A DNA stretch of 64,000 nucleotides from Myxococcota bacterium (GCA_039028615.1 JBCCHT010000042.1:32001-96000), one strand, 5' to 3'; positions 28,840 to 38,573 are shown, counted from the stretch's first letter. A program made the numbers and translations. Notes: generated by a model from the letters alone, not told the origin.

Positions 28840-29058
28840 GGCGCGGGAGCCTAACCAATGAAGCAAGCGAGTTGCTGTCCGACGAACACCCACCCGCGCG
28901 GCGGCTAACTACACGAAAACACGAGTCGCCGAGGTCACGGTGAGAGTCGTCGCACGACGATCGACTTCGGCGTGATCACCCGAATTCCACGGCAGCGGCA
29001 ACGTTGATTCACGCGCGAAGATCGGCGGTCGGTGTTCGCGCTCGTGAGACTCGAACGA

Positions 29059-30186
29059 CTACTTCGGCCACACCGGCTGGGTCCACGCTCGATGCCCACG
29101 ACGATCGTCGACCTGCACGCGGACATAACCGGTGAAGCCATCGGGCATGGTGAAGTTCGCTTCGCGACCCCGCTGTCGCTGCAGCACCGAGCCCCCTTGG
29201 CCGATGAACGTGAAGCGATGGGAGCCCTTGGCCGAGTCGGCGACGGACACGTGCACGGTGGATCCATCGACGATCACATCGCGTAGGTCGACGCCGTTGC
29301 TCGAGTAGAAATCACCGCGCTCGATCGCCGCGCGGATCGAGTCTCCCCGAGGCTCCGCTCGCACCATCACCCAGCCTCGGTTGCCGACGTGGGCGAGATG
29401 TCCTTGCTGCCGAACCTCGGCCGCGTCGTAGTAGTGATGCGCATCGTCGGTCGCCACGCCCCACACCCGCGCGCCGGTCGAGAGCACGGCATCCCACAGC
29501 GCCTCGGTGGAGGGGTGGGTGTCGTCGCCTTCGTTGTTCGAGTCGACCGCTTCGTTGGCGACCTCGAGCAAGGTCAGGCCGCGACCGGCGAGGGCGCTGA
29601 GCAGATCGGCATCGGCCGCGTAGTGAAAGTTGGGATGGTCGAGCATCGCCACTCCGCCGAGCGCCTCGGTGGCTCGCAGCGCGTGGCTGTACAGCTCGAG
29701 CCGATCGGGACTGGTGGGCCCGGGCAGCTGGCTCAGCGCCGTGGTGTCGCTGCCGACGAACAGGCCGTTGACGTGCAGCAAGCAGCTCATGCCGGGCAAG
29801 GGCGGCGGCTCGCAGTAGTCGAGGTTCTGGGTCAGCTCGATCCCCGCGAAGACCAGCAGCCCCGGCGGCCCGGGCAGCTCGGTGATGCGGTTGTGATCGG
29901 TGAAGACGATGAAGTCGAAGCCCTGCTCCGCGTACCACTGGGCGACGTCGGCGGGCGGGGTCTGGCTATCGCCCGACGCGTTGCTATGCAGGTGTAGCTG
30001 CCCTTTGAGCCACGTTGGGGCGGGGGTGGCGGGCGCCGCGCCAGCCCCGGCGGAGCTCGGTTCGGCGTTTGCCTGCGGCGGATTTCCGGCGGGTGGAGGA
30101 GAGCAGGCGAGCGCAGACGCGAGCATCCCGATCGCCGCGCCGCGTCGAGCAACGGTGCGAAGCGATCGGGAGGCGGAGGCGACCAT
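29059..30186 (-). CDS. PHP-domain (CehA/McbA-like) metallohydrolase lipoprotein
   Basis: ALAC lipobox; WLKGQLHLHS, TDHN, DHPN, EVAN, TDDAH; start overlaps upstream stop (TGATG). Confidence 0.88.
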   Translation of the reverse strand: MVASASRSLRTVARRGAAIGMLASALACSPPPAGNPPQANAEPSSAGAGAAPATPAPTWLKGQLHLHSNASGDSQTPPADVAQWYAEQGFDFIVFTDHNRITELPGPPGLLVFAGIELTQNLDYCEPPPLPGMSCLLHVNGLFVGSDTTALSQLPGPTSPDRLELYSHALRATEALGGVAMLDHPNFHYAADADLLSALAGRGLTLLEVANEAVDSNNEGDDTHPSTEALWDAVLSTGARVWGVATDDAHHYYDAAEVRQQGHLAHVGNRGWVMVRAEPRGDSIRAAIERGDFYSSNGVDLRDVIVDGSTVHVSVADSAKGSHRFTFIGQGGSVLQRQRGREANFTMPDGFTGYVRVQVDDRRGHRAWTQPVWPK

Positions 30187-31997
30187 CAGCGCTGCCGCAA
30201 GATCCTCAGCGCGATGAAGCTGAACACCGACGAGAACCCGGGCACGTGCCGCAGCCCTCGCATCCACCACAGCCCGGGGATGACCCGAATCAGCGACCAG
30301 CCGGCGTCCTTGCCCGCGCGGGTCCACTTTTCTCCGGGCACGCGCAGCAGCAGGTGCTCGGCCGTGGCGTCGCTGTCGGCCTCGAACTCGAGGCGGTTGC
30401 CCAGGTCCCAGACCCGCAGCAGCGCGGCTCGGCGCACGCTGGCCTCGCTCGGGTTGTGCACGACCACGATGGGCTCGCGAGCGCTGCGGTAGCGCAGGCG
30501 ATCGGGCAGCGCCAGCAGCAGCCGCTTCCACGCCTTGGTTCGCACGGGGCGGCCGTCTTCGCCCGGAGCCGAGGGGCGCGAGACGATGTAGAGCCAGAAC
30601 GCGTCGAGCTCCTCGCCCGACAGCCACGACGGGTAGATGACGATCATGACGTTGGCGAAGGTGCCCACGTTCATGCCGGCATCGATGCCCAGGTGCATGG
30701 CGGTGCCGAAGATCAGCCAGAAGCGCTTGCCGAGCAGGTAGTGCCGCAGCACCAGGTTGACCCGCGGCAAGAAGCGCCGCGTGACCAGGTAGATCCCGAT
30801 CAGCACGAAGGGCAGCAGGCCCCCGACCACGCGCGCCAGCATCACCGCGTTGCCGCGGCTCATCTTGAGCGTCTCGAGGGCGGTGTCGGGCATGAAGTAG
30901 TGCACCGACAGCCCGCCGATGAACACGCAGATGCCCCACGCCCCGATGAGGAACGCGTAGCTGGTGAAGCGACGCCAGGCCCGAGCCTTGGGCCAGGTGC
31001 CGGCCGCCTTTTCACGCTCGAAGGCGTTGAGCCCCGCGCCCACGATCGCCAGCGGGAAGAAGACCTCCCACCAGTGCACGACGATGGCCGACAGCGGCAG
31101 GATGCCGATGTAGTGCAGGGCGCCGATCAGCCCCATCTGCGGCCAGCGATAGAAGTGGTCGAGGTTGAGCGCGTAGTAGAGCGCCGAGCCGTTGGCCCAG
31201 GTCGCGCCCGACTTCAGCAGGCCGGTGGCGCAGTAGATGATGGCCAGCTGGACCATCATGATGCGGAACGGCCAGGCGGCGATGCGGGGCAGCGGCGGAA
31301 TGGACTTCGCGCCGCGCAGGATGGCCTTCCGACGCCGTCGCCAGCTGTCGAAGGAGTAGGCCTTGCCCCAGCCCGTGAACATGCCCATGAACAAGAACAC
31401 GCGCACGACGGTGTCGCCGCCCGTGTAGAACACCGGGCTGTAGCGATAGATGGTCTCGACCAGGATCCACGAGATGATGGTGGTCCAGCGGGTCCACACA
31501 CCCATGATCATCAAGGTCAGGCTGACCATCATGGCGCCGTAGAGGCTGAACACGAAGGTCGGATCGCTGCGGTAGTGGAGGAGCGAGAACTTCCCCCACA
31601 TTGCCTTGAAGATGTCGTACCAGTTCTCGAACCCGTGCTCCGGGTCCCAGAGCGTCTTGGACTGGCCGCCGTAGTTCTTGCGCGCCATGTCCGTGAGCCA
31701 CAGGCCCTCGTCGGTGAACAAGAAGCGGGCGACCGAGTCGTCGAGCGGCCCGTGGGGCAGCAGCAGGTCGAGGAAGGTCCAAAAGACGACGAAGCCGAAG
31801 CCGATGCGCATCAGCGCCGCGGGGCGAGGATCGATGCGCTGGAAGAAGAGCCGTCGCCACAGCTCGGGCCGGATCACGAAGAAGGCGCAGAGCAGGCCGA
31901 TGGTGCCGAGGATCAGCGACGTCGACAGCTCGAGGTGCGCGGAGACGTCGACCTCGGGGCCTTTGGCGGCCAGCAGCGCGAAGGTGGAGCCGATCAT
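30186..31997 (-). CDS. HTTM-domain (vitamin K-dependent carboxylase-like/SdpB-like) membrane protein with C-terminal DCC1-like domain
   Basis: DPRPAALMRIGFG, TDEG, GGDTV, YSFD, QLAIIYCATGLLKSGATW, MHLGI..MNVGTF; ATGA overlap with upstream gene. Confidence 0.85.
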   Translation of the reverse strand: MIGSTFALLAAKGPEVDVSAHLELSTSLILGTIGLLCAFFVIRPELWRRLFFQRIDPRPAALMRIGFGFVVFWTFLDLLLPHGPLDDSVARFLFTDEGLWLTDMARKNYGGQSKTLWDPEHGFENWYDIFKAMWGKFSLLHYRSDPTFVFSLYGAMMVSLTLMIMGVWTRWTTIISWILVETIYRYSPVFYTGGDTVVRVFLFMGMFTGWGKAYSFDSWRRRRKAILRGAKSIPPLPRIAAWPFRIMMVQLAIIYCATGLLKSGATWANGSALYYALNLDHFYRWPQMGLIGALHYIGILPLSAIVVHWWEVFFPLAIVGAGLNAFEREKAAGTWPKARAWRRFTSYAFLIGAWGICVFIGGLSVHYFMPDTALETLKMSRGNAVMLARVVGGLLPFVLIGIYLVTRRFLPRVNLVLRHYLLGKRFWLIFGTAMHLGIDAGMNVGTFANVMIVIYPSWLSGEELDAFWLYIVSRPSAPGEDGRPVRTKAWKRLLLALPDRLRYRSAREPIVVVHNPSEASVRRAALLRVWDLGNRLEFEADSDATAEHLLLRVPGEKWTRAGKDAGWSLIRVIPGLWWMRGLRHVPGFSSVFSFIALRILRQR

Positions 31998-33022
31998 GGC
32001 TTCGCTCCTCCCGAGCCCAGCCGACCCTTGCGTTTTTCCATGCGCTCGAGGCGACGCGCCTCGTTCTCGGCTTGCTTGGCCTTGGCCTCCTTTTGGTCCC
32101 ACCAGGTCCGCATGTGCAGGTCCTTGAAGTGCCGCTCGGGGGCCGGCTCGATGCCGTAGCGCTCGCGCAGGTAGTTGGGCAGCTGCGCGTGCCGGGTGGT
32201 CTTGCAGCGGACGGTGTCTTCTTCGCGCTGGTGCAGGTGCAGCTTCATGGGGTCATAGCCCATGCGCAGGATGTTGCCCTTGGACCGCTTGATGACCTCC
32301 TTGGGCGAGGGGATGCGGGTCCACATCTTGATGAACTGGACCTCGACCGCCGACTCGCCGTCGTGGGCCTTTTCCCACTCGCGGCACACCCACGCGGTGT
32401 AGTGGCGGCGATAGCCCTTCTGGTCGACGATGCGGCGGTTGATCTTCCCCATCCGGTCGTACCAGAGGTACGGGTAGCTGCGCTTGCCGTAGATGTCGTG
32501 CTTGAGGTCCCAGACCTCGCCGTTTTCATCCTTGACCATCACCTTCATGAAGATGTTGGACCGGTGCGGGTTGGGAGCGAACATCGCCCAGCTCTGGGTG
32601 TTGCCCGACGCCCGCCAGTAGCGGTTGGCGTGCAGCTTGTCGTTGATGAGCTTCTGGACGCCCTTGGCCAGCCCCTTGCTGGGGAGGTTGTGCACCAGCA
32701 GGATGACCCCGTGGTAGAGGATGAACAGCGTCGCGATGACCTGTAGCCAGCCGGGGTAGGCCCAGCGGCGGTGGGGCTTGTCGTCGCTGGCGACCGGCTC
32801 GTGGAGCAGGGCGTGGGCGAGGTCGGGCTCGTCGGCCTCGGAGGAGGGCTCGTCGCCAGCCGCGGTGGCCTCGGGGTCGGAGGCCTCCGGGGGCGTGGCG
32901 GCCTCGGCCGATTCGTCGGCCTCGGTGCTCGCCGCCCCGGACGACTCGGCTTCGCCCGCCGACTGCTCGACTTCGGCGTTCGCCTCGTCGCCGTCGCGAC
33001 CTTCGGTCTCGTCGTTGCTCAT
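31994..33022 (-). CDS. SdpA/DUF5819-like HTTM partner protein
   Basis: Acidic N-terminus, one TM, QSWAMFAPNP, DRMGK, CREW; paralogous to the C-terminus of 33047..35779. Confidence 0.8.
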   Translation of the reverse strand: MSNDETEGRDGDEANAEVEQSAGEAESSGAASTEADESAEAATPPEASDPEATAAGDEPSSEADEPDLAHALLHEPVASDDKPHRRWAYPGWLQVIATLFILYHGVILLVHNLPSKGLAKGVQKLINDKLHANRYWRASGNTQSWAMFAPNPHRSNIFMKVMVKDENGEVWDLKHDIYGKRSYPYLWYDRMGKINRRIVDQKGYRRHYTAWVCREWEKAHDGESAVEVQFIKMWTRIPSPKEVIKRSKGNILRMGYDPMKLHLHQREEDTVRCKTTRHAQLPNYLRERYGIEPAPERHFKDLHMRTWWDQKEAKAKQAENEARRLERMEKRKGRLGSGGAKP

Positions 33023-33046
33023 GAAATCCTCAACATCGTCATCGGG

Positions 33047-35779
33047 TCACGGCTTGGGGTCAAGCACGCCCTCGTCGTCGGCCTCGGGCTCTTCGGAGTC
33101 GGCCGCGGAGCCCTCCGGCTCGGGCTCTTCGCGTAGTCGCCGATCGCGACCGATGCGCGGCGGGATCGGGTTTTTCTTCCGAGCCTCACGCTCCTTGCGG
33201 CGCTCCTCGGCGCGCTCGCGCCGCTCTTTCTCCTGCTCGGCCGCCTTGCCCCAGTTGCCCATGTCGCGCCGGTTGTCCCAGGTGGTCCGGCGGTTCTTGA
33301 ATTTCCGTTCGTAGCGCTCGGCCTCTTTTTCGGCCTTGGCGCGATCGTCTTCGGTGATCTCCAGGCCGTAGCGCTCGAGCATGTACAGCGGCAGCTCGCC
33401 GTCGCCCTTGCACTTGTGCGTCTGGATGTGCCGCTCCTTGGGGTGGAGCTTGCGCGGGTGGTAGGGCCCCTTCTTCGCCACCGCGTCGGGGGGCGGAATG
33501 CGGGTGATGATCTTCGAGATCTCGATCTCGTAGGGCATCTCGCCGGTCAGCAGCGTCCACTCACGGCACTGCCACGCGGCCCAGTAGCGCAGGTACCACT
33601 TGCCCTTGCCCGCCATGCGCCGCTGCATCTTGCGCATGCGATCGTTCCAGATCCACGGGTTGGGTCGGTAGTGGAAGGCGTTGTTCCGCAGGTCCCAGCG
33701 ATCGCCGTCGTGCTCGACGACCACCGTCTTGAGGAACGTGTTGCTGCGCGGGGGGTTGGGCGCAAACATCCGCCAGCTCTGGTTGGAGCCCGTGCCCCGT
33801 AGCCACCCGCTGAACACCGAGGCCGCGGGCGAGCGCCACTTGTTGAGGATGGGGTACTTGGGCAGCAGCGACAGGCCGACCGCGGCCGTGTGATAGACCA
33901 CCGCGCCCAGGGCCAGGGCGCGCCCGAAGGCGGTGTAGGCCAGGGCGGGCCCGGGCTCACGCGCGCGACGAATGTCGGCGGCACGCGGGGGCAGGAAGCG
34001 GAACACCAGCCCAGTGACGGCGATGAGCGCGACCCAGCCGTAGGTGACCCGGGCCAGGTCCGAGATCCACTCCGGCTGCTCGATCTTGGCCCAGATGAGC
34101 GCCACGCCCATCAGGCCGAAGAGCAGCACGATCACGTCGGGGATTCGGCGGCCGCGGATCTTGACCTCGGTGGGCGCCTGCGCGGGCGCGAACCACTTGG
34201 CGTGACCCTTGGGCACCGCCTTCTTGAGGCCCGGGATCTTGAGCACCAGGCCCACCGCGCCCTTGACGATGCGGTTGGTCTCTTCGCCCTTCAGGAAGCC
34301 GACGTAGGTCATCAGCATGATCGGAGCGAACATGCCGATGTTCATGAACAGGATGAGGAAGCCGTGGAAGATGCACCCCAGCGTCAGCCACATCCGCCGC
34401 CCCAGGAAGTACGCCCGCAGGGTCTCCTGGTTGAAGTGCAGCTCCGGGATGTACAGCCACGGCACCCGATCGGTGATGTAGGGCAGAGCCCGGCCGCGTC
34501 GTAGCAGGGTGACCGGCCAGCGGCCGAGCAGGTACCACAGCACCACGAAGGTGGGGATGATGATGCCCCAGGCGACGTTGACCTTGAGCAGCGCCTCGGT
34601 GGGGTTTTGCGGCTTGTCCTTCACCAGCGACAAGCAAAAGGGCAGCACCAGGTAGTTGATGCGCCAGGCCAGGCCCCAGATGGCGACCAGCACCGCGCGG
34701 GCGCCCCAGCGTCGCCACCACGTGTCGCGCTCGCGGTACCAGGGCTGGTCGCGGTGCCGCAGGGTGAAGCGCAGCGACGCCCCGATGAGCGCCAGGGGGA
34801 AGAAGCGCTCCCACCAGTGCGTGACCCAGGTGTTGAGCCGGAAGAGGTTGGTGCCGAAGACCGCCGAGACCTGCTGCGTGATCCACTCGAAGCGGTAGAA
34901 GTGGTCCATGTTCAGCGCGTAGTAGAGCGCGTCGCCGGCCTTCCACACCGAGCCGGTCTTGACCGATCCGGTGGTGATGTAGATGGCGGCGATCTGAGCC
35001 ATGAACAGGTAGCGCGGCCAGGCGGGCACCCGGCGGTAGATGGGCTCGCGGTGGCTCTGATCTTCGTCGGGGGACGCGTCGGGGTCGAACAATCGCCCCT
35101 TCTTGCGCAGCCTCCGGCAGCGCCACCAGTTGTCGAAGGACCAGGCGTGCCCCGTCTTGGCGAACAGCAGGATCAACCAAAAGCAGCGGTAGACGGTGTC
35201 CGTGCCCTCCCAGTACAGCGCGTTGCGGCTGTAGATGCCGCCCATCATGAACCAGGCGATGAGCCCGGTGGTGCGGCTGAAGAAGCCCGCGGCGTAGAGC
35301 AGCAGCACGCCGAAGAACGCGAGCATGTAGCCCACCACGAACTTCGGGCTGCCCCAGAAGTAGAACAGCGACGGCTTGTGCCACAGGAAGTTGGCGATGG
35401 ACCAGCCGTCGAAGAAGCCCTCGTCGGGGCTCCAACCCCGTAACGAGGTGCGGCCGAGCTTCTCCTGGGCATACTGGAGATCGAAGATCCCCTCGTCGCT
35501 CCACAACATCCGCCAGTACGGCTCGAGGTTGAGGAAGCAGGCGATCGTCATCAGCGCGAAGCCGATGCGCAGGGCCGCGAAGGTGCGGGGGTCGTCGAGG
35601 GCCAGCAGGTAGCGACGCACCGACTCCACGCGAAGCCAGGCCAGCACCCCCACCAGCAGCACGAAGCCGAACACGAGCCAGCCGCAGTAGACGGCGAACT
35701 CGGGCGGAAACTCCGGGTACTTGTCCCGGTCCTTCATCATGGCCAGGACCGGGCCGGTCATCTCGGGCAGCACGGACAC
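33047..35779 (-). CDS. HTTM-domain protein fused to SdpA/DUF5819-like domain
   Basis: DPRTFAALRIGF, SDEG, GTDTV, WSFD, QIAAIYITTGSVKTGSVW, FHGFL..MNIGMF; C-terminal QSWRMFAPNP, DRMRK, CREW; GTG start. Confidence 0.85.
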   Translation of the reverse strand: MSVLPEMTGPVLAMMKDRDKYPEFPPEFAVYCGWLVFGFVLLVGVLAWLRVESVRRYLLALDDPRTFAALRIGFALMTIACFLNLEPYWRMLWSDEGIFDLQYAQEKLGRTSLRGWSPDEGFFDGWSIANFLWHKPSLFYFWGSPKFVVGYMLAFFGVLLLYAAGFFSRTTGLIAWFMMGGIYSRNALYWEGTDTVYRCFWLILLFAKTGHAWSFDNWWRCRRLRKKGRLFDPDASPDEDQSHREPIYRRVPAWPRYLFMAQIAAIYITTGSVKTGSVWKAGDALYYALNMDHFYRFEWITQQVSAVFGTNLFRLNTWVTHWWERFFPLALIGASLRFTLRHRDQPWYRERDTWWRRWGARAVLVAIWGLAWRINYLVLPFCLSLVKDKPQNPTEALLKVNVAWGIIIPTFVVLWYLLGRWPVTLLRRGRALPYITDRVPWLYIPELHFNQETLRAYFLGRRMWLTLGCIFHGFLILFMNIGMFAPIMLMTYVGFLKGEETNRIVKGAVGLVLKIPGLKKAVPKGHAKWFAPAQAPTEVKIRGRRIPDVIVLLFGLMGVALIWAKIEQPEWISDLARVTYGWVALIAVTGLVFRFLPPRAADIRRAREPGPALAYTAFGRALALGAVVYHTAAVGLSLLPKYPILNKWRSPAASVFSGWLRGTGSNQSWRMFAPNPPRSNTFLKTVVVEHDGDRWDLRNNAFHYRPNPWIWNDRMRKMQRRMAGKGKWYLRYWAAWQCREWTLLTGEMPYEIEISKIITRIPPPDAVAKKGPYHPRKLHPKERHIQTHKCKGDGELPLYMLERYGLEITEDDRAKAEKEAERYERKFKNRRTTWDNRRDMGNWGKAAEQEKERRERAEERRKEREARKKNPIPPRIGRDRRLREEPEPEGSAADSEEPEADDEGVLDPKP

Positions 35780-35780
35780 C

Positions 35781-37856
35781 TCAGTAACCGGCCTCGGCCA
35801 CGGCCTCGGCTACGGCGCGCAAGAAGTCGAAGCGCACCTGGTAGGCCTTGGCCTGCAGGGCGAGCCCCTCGATGTGATGACCTTGTCCCTCGAACTCGAC
35901 GTACTGTACGGGCAGGCTCAGGGCCTTGGCCGCTTCGACGAACTGACGGCTCTCGTCGACCGGCACGCGCCAGTCCTGGCTGCCGTGGGTCACCAAGATC
36001 GGCGAACGCAGGCGCGCCACGTGGGTCAGCGGGCTGCGGTCCTTCATCTTGGCCAGGTCCTTGGCCACGTTCGGGTCTCCGCTCTCCAGCACCACCCAGT
36101 CGGGGATATTGGTCGCATCGTAAAAAGTCTTAATGTCGGAAAAGCCGGCGTGGGCCAGCCCAAAGCCAAAGTGATAGAGGTCGTTGTGACCGTTGGTGCT
36201 CGGCGGGAAGGTCAGGGCGCGCATCGTGGCGTAGCCGCCGTGGCTGCCGCCGTACACCCCGATACGGTGCGAGGACAACCCCAGCTGCGTCTCCACCCAG
36301 CGCGCGACGTGGAACAGGTCGACGATCTCGTCGCCGCCCAGGTCCTTGTCGTTGAGCGAGTAGAACGCCTTGCCGAAGCCCGAGCTGCCGCGCACCGCGG
36401 GGGAGATGACCGTCATGCCCGCGGCGCACATGATCTGGTCGAAGGTCGAGTAGCGGTTCCCGCCGCCATAAAAGGCGGTGATCATCGCCATGCGCTGCGC
36501 ATCCTCGGCCAGCGGCTCGCGGGGCTCGAGCAGGAACGCGTGCAGCTGTCGGGTCTTGCCCGTGGCCGGGTCCTCGTCGAAGGTGGGGATCGAGACCGCG
36601 CTGGCCTTGCACGCCACCAGCCCGCGCTCGAGCTCCGGGGACAGGCCGATCACCTCGTGGGTGGTGATGTCGTCGCGGCTCAGGTCGATTTCCAGGGTCT
36701 GGTGCACCACGTCGGGCGAGCGGTGGGTGACCAGGGCCCGCCCGTGGTGGGCATCGCTGATGTCGGCCGTGCCGGGCAGGCGCTGCGACGAGCGCTCCGC
36801 CCCCGTGCGTGCGTCCAGGCGCACCAGCGTGGAGCCGGCCGGGCTGCGGTGCACCGCGATCACCTCGTCGCCGGACAGGTGCGCCGAGGTGATGCCCTCT
36901 TTGTAGCGCGTGCGCTGGGTGACCTTCCCGCGCTTTCGCGAGTACGCGTAGAGGTTGGAGTAGCCGTCGTCGTTGGCCGTGAACAGCAGCGTGTCCTCGT
37001 CGAGCCAGCCGTCGATCGTGCCCGGGGCGTTGCGCGGGGTCTTGGTGCGGGTGATCGGCTTGGCCACCGGCGTGCTCGCGTCGAGATCGACGCGCACCAG
37101 CTGCCCGCGATTGCGATCGCCCTCGACCTGCGCGTTGAAGTAGATCTCGGTGCCGTCGAGCGAGAACTGAGGCTCGCTCCAGCTGAAGGTCAGCGCGGGC
37201 GAGTCACACACCACCTGGCGCTCGTCCCCCGACTCCACGTCGCGCAGCACCAAGCACGTCTCGAAGGGCGCCTTTTGGCCCTTGCGAGGCAGGTACGCGA
37301 TGGTCTTCTTGTCGGGCGAAAAGCCCAGGCCATAGACGTAGTCGTGCTGCGTGACCTGAGCGAGCTCGCCGGACTTCAGATCCAGCGTCCACAGGTTCAT
37401 CTGCTCGTCGTTGCTCGCGTCGGCGTGCAACCAGAGTGTCTCGCTCGCCTCGTGGTGATGGATCGACCACAGGCTGCGCTTGGACCAGTCGACGTCGCTC
37501 AGCGCTCGGCCCGTGGCCAGGTCGAAGCGATCGATGGCGCCCGCCTTTTTGCCCACGTCGAGCATCCGCAGCGTGTATTGCTCGCCGAGCTCGTAGTAGA
37601 AGACTGCCCCCGTCTCCAGGCTCGGTCGGAAGCGACCGTAGGGGAAGCCCGCCAGGAAGGGTCGCAGGTCGACCTTGCGATCGAAGTAGCTCGCGTACAC
37701 GGGCGCCGCCTCGGCGTCGTCGGGCTCCGGTTCGGGCTCCTGCGCCGCTTCTTCGGCTCCCGCCGGGGGCTCCGCCTCTGGATAGGGCGTTGCCGCATGG
37801 GGAGGCGCACATGCCGCAAGGGCGAGACCAAGCCAGATCCACGGACGGAGCCGCAT
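35781..37856 (-). CDS. S9 (prolyl oligopeptidase) family peptidase lipoprotein
   Basis: LAAC lipobox; propeller region; RGSSGFG, GGSHGG, HGSQDWRVP, EGQGH. Confidence 0.92.
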   Translation of the reverse strand: MRLRPWIWLGLALAACAPPHAATPYPEAEPPAGAEEAAQEPEPEPDDAEAAPVYASYFDRKVDLRPFLAGFPYGRFRPSLETGAVFYYELGEQYTLRMLDVGKKAGAIDRFDLATGRALSDVDWSKRSLWSIHHHEASETLWLHADASNDEQMNLWTLDLKSGELAQVTQHDYVYGLGFSPDKKTIAYLPRKGQKAPFETCLVLRDVESGDERQVVCDSPALTFSWSEPQFSLDGTEIYFNAQVEGDRNRGQLVRVDLDASTPVAKPITRTKTPRNAPGTIDGWLDEDTLLFTANDDGYSNLYAYSRKRGKVTQRTRYKEGITSAHLSGDEVIAVHRSPAGSTLVRLDARTGAERSSQRLPGTADISDAHHGRALVTHRSPDVVHQTLEIDLSRDDITTHEVIGLSPELERGLVACKASAVSIPTFDEDPATGKTRQLHAFLLEPREPLAEDAQRMAMITAFYGGGNRYSTFDQIMCAAGMTVISPAVRGSSGFGKAFYSLNDKDLGGDEIVDLFHVARWVETQLGLSSHRIGVYGGSHGGYATMRALTFPPSTNGHNDLYHFGFGLAHAGFSDIKTFYDATNIPDWVVLESGDPNVAKDLAKMKDRSPLTHVARLRSPILVTHGSQDWRVPVDESRQFVEAAKALSLPVQYVEFEGQGHHIEGLALQAKAYQVRFDFLRAVAEAVAEAGY

Positions 37857-37953
37857 GAGCGCCATCTGACAATGGCTCCCCCTCGGACACAAGGGTCGCG
37901 CACGTTTTGCGACCGTCTACGACCCTCGTTGTCCACTCCATGCGGCCTGCGCT

Positions 37954-38499
37954 ATGGCCATCGGCGTGAGTCAACCCCGCTTGGCATTGATGGTGGTCGC
38001 CGCGCTGATGGGAAGCGGCGCACTGGCCTGTCGTCTCGAGACGCAAACTCCCCCGATCGCCGAGCCCATGGCCCCCGACTTTCAGCTCCCGGCTCACGAC
38101 GGTGCACAGGTGACGTTGGGGAAGCTCATCGAAGAGGGTCCCGCGATCCTCGTGTTCTATCGCGGTCACTGGTGAAGCTACTGCCGTCGCCAGTTGGGTG
38201 ACCTGGCCGAAGTCGCAGACGAGCTGGCCGCCGAGGGTATCTCGATCGCCGCGATCTCCGTGGACTCCGTCGAAGACTCGGCCGCGCTCGCCGAGCGACT
38301 CGGCGTCGGGTTTCCATTGCTCAGCGATCCCGATGCCCGGGTGATCGACCGCTACGGCGTGCGCATGAAGGGCGAGACCCTCGCGGTCCCGGCCACCTTC
38401 ATCGTGGGGCGCGACGGGACCCTCGCGTGGCGCCATGTCGGCGAACGTGCGCTCGATCGCCCGCCGCTGTCGCAGGTGAGGCAAGAAGCCACGCGTTGA
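37954..38499 (+). CDS. peroxiredoxin-like AhpC/TSA-family selenoprotein (in-frame UGA = Sec, UxxC)
   Basis: APDFQLP...LVFYRGHW-TGA(38173-38175)-SYCRRQL...AISVD...FPLLSDPD...PATFIV in one frame; joins ORFs 37954..38175 and 38194..38499. Confidence 0.88.
38187..38210 (+). promoter_or_regulatory. candidate bacterial SECIS element
   Basis: Hairpin TCG-CCA-GTT[GGGT]GAC-C-TGG-C-CGA starting 11 nt after the UGA, G-rich apical loop. Confidence 0.7.
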
Positions 38500-38573
38500 A
38501 TCGCAGCGACCCCCCCCGTAGACTCGAACACTGCGACGTCGGGGGCTTCGGTCGTGCGTCGCATCGGGGGGTC

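Noticed and set aside
27194..28854. Pro/His-rich ORFs 27194..28219 and 27532..28854 (+)
   Set aside because: Artefacts of the C-rich skew and repeat; antisense to the real lipoprotein gene
37954..38499. Pseudogene or two separate small genes
   Set aside because: The stop is TGA at the catalytic Cys position with a SECIS-like hairpin; better explained as selenocysteine
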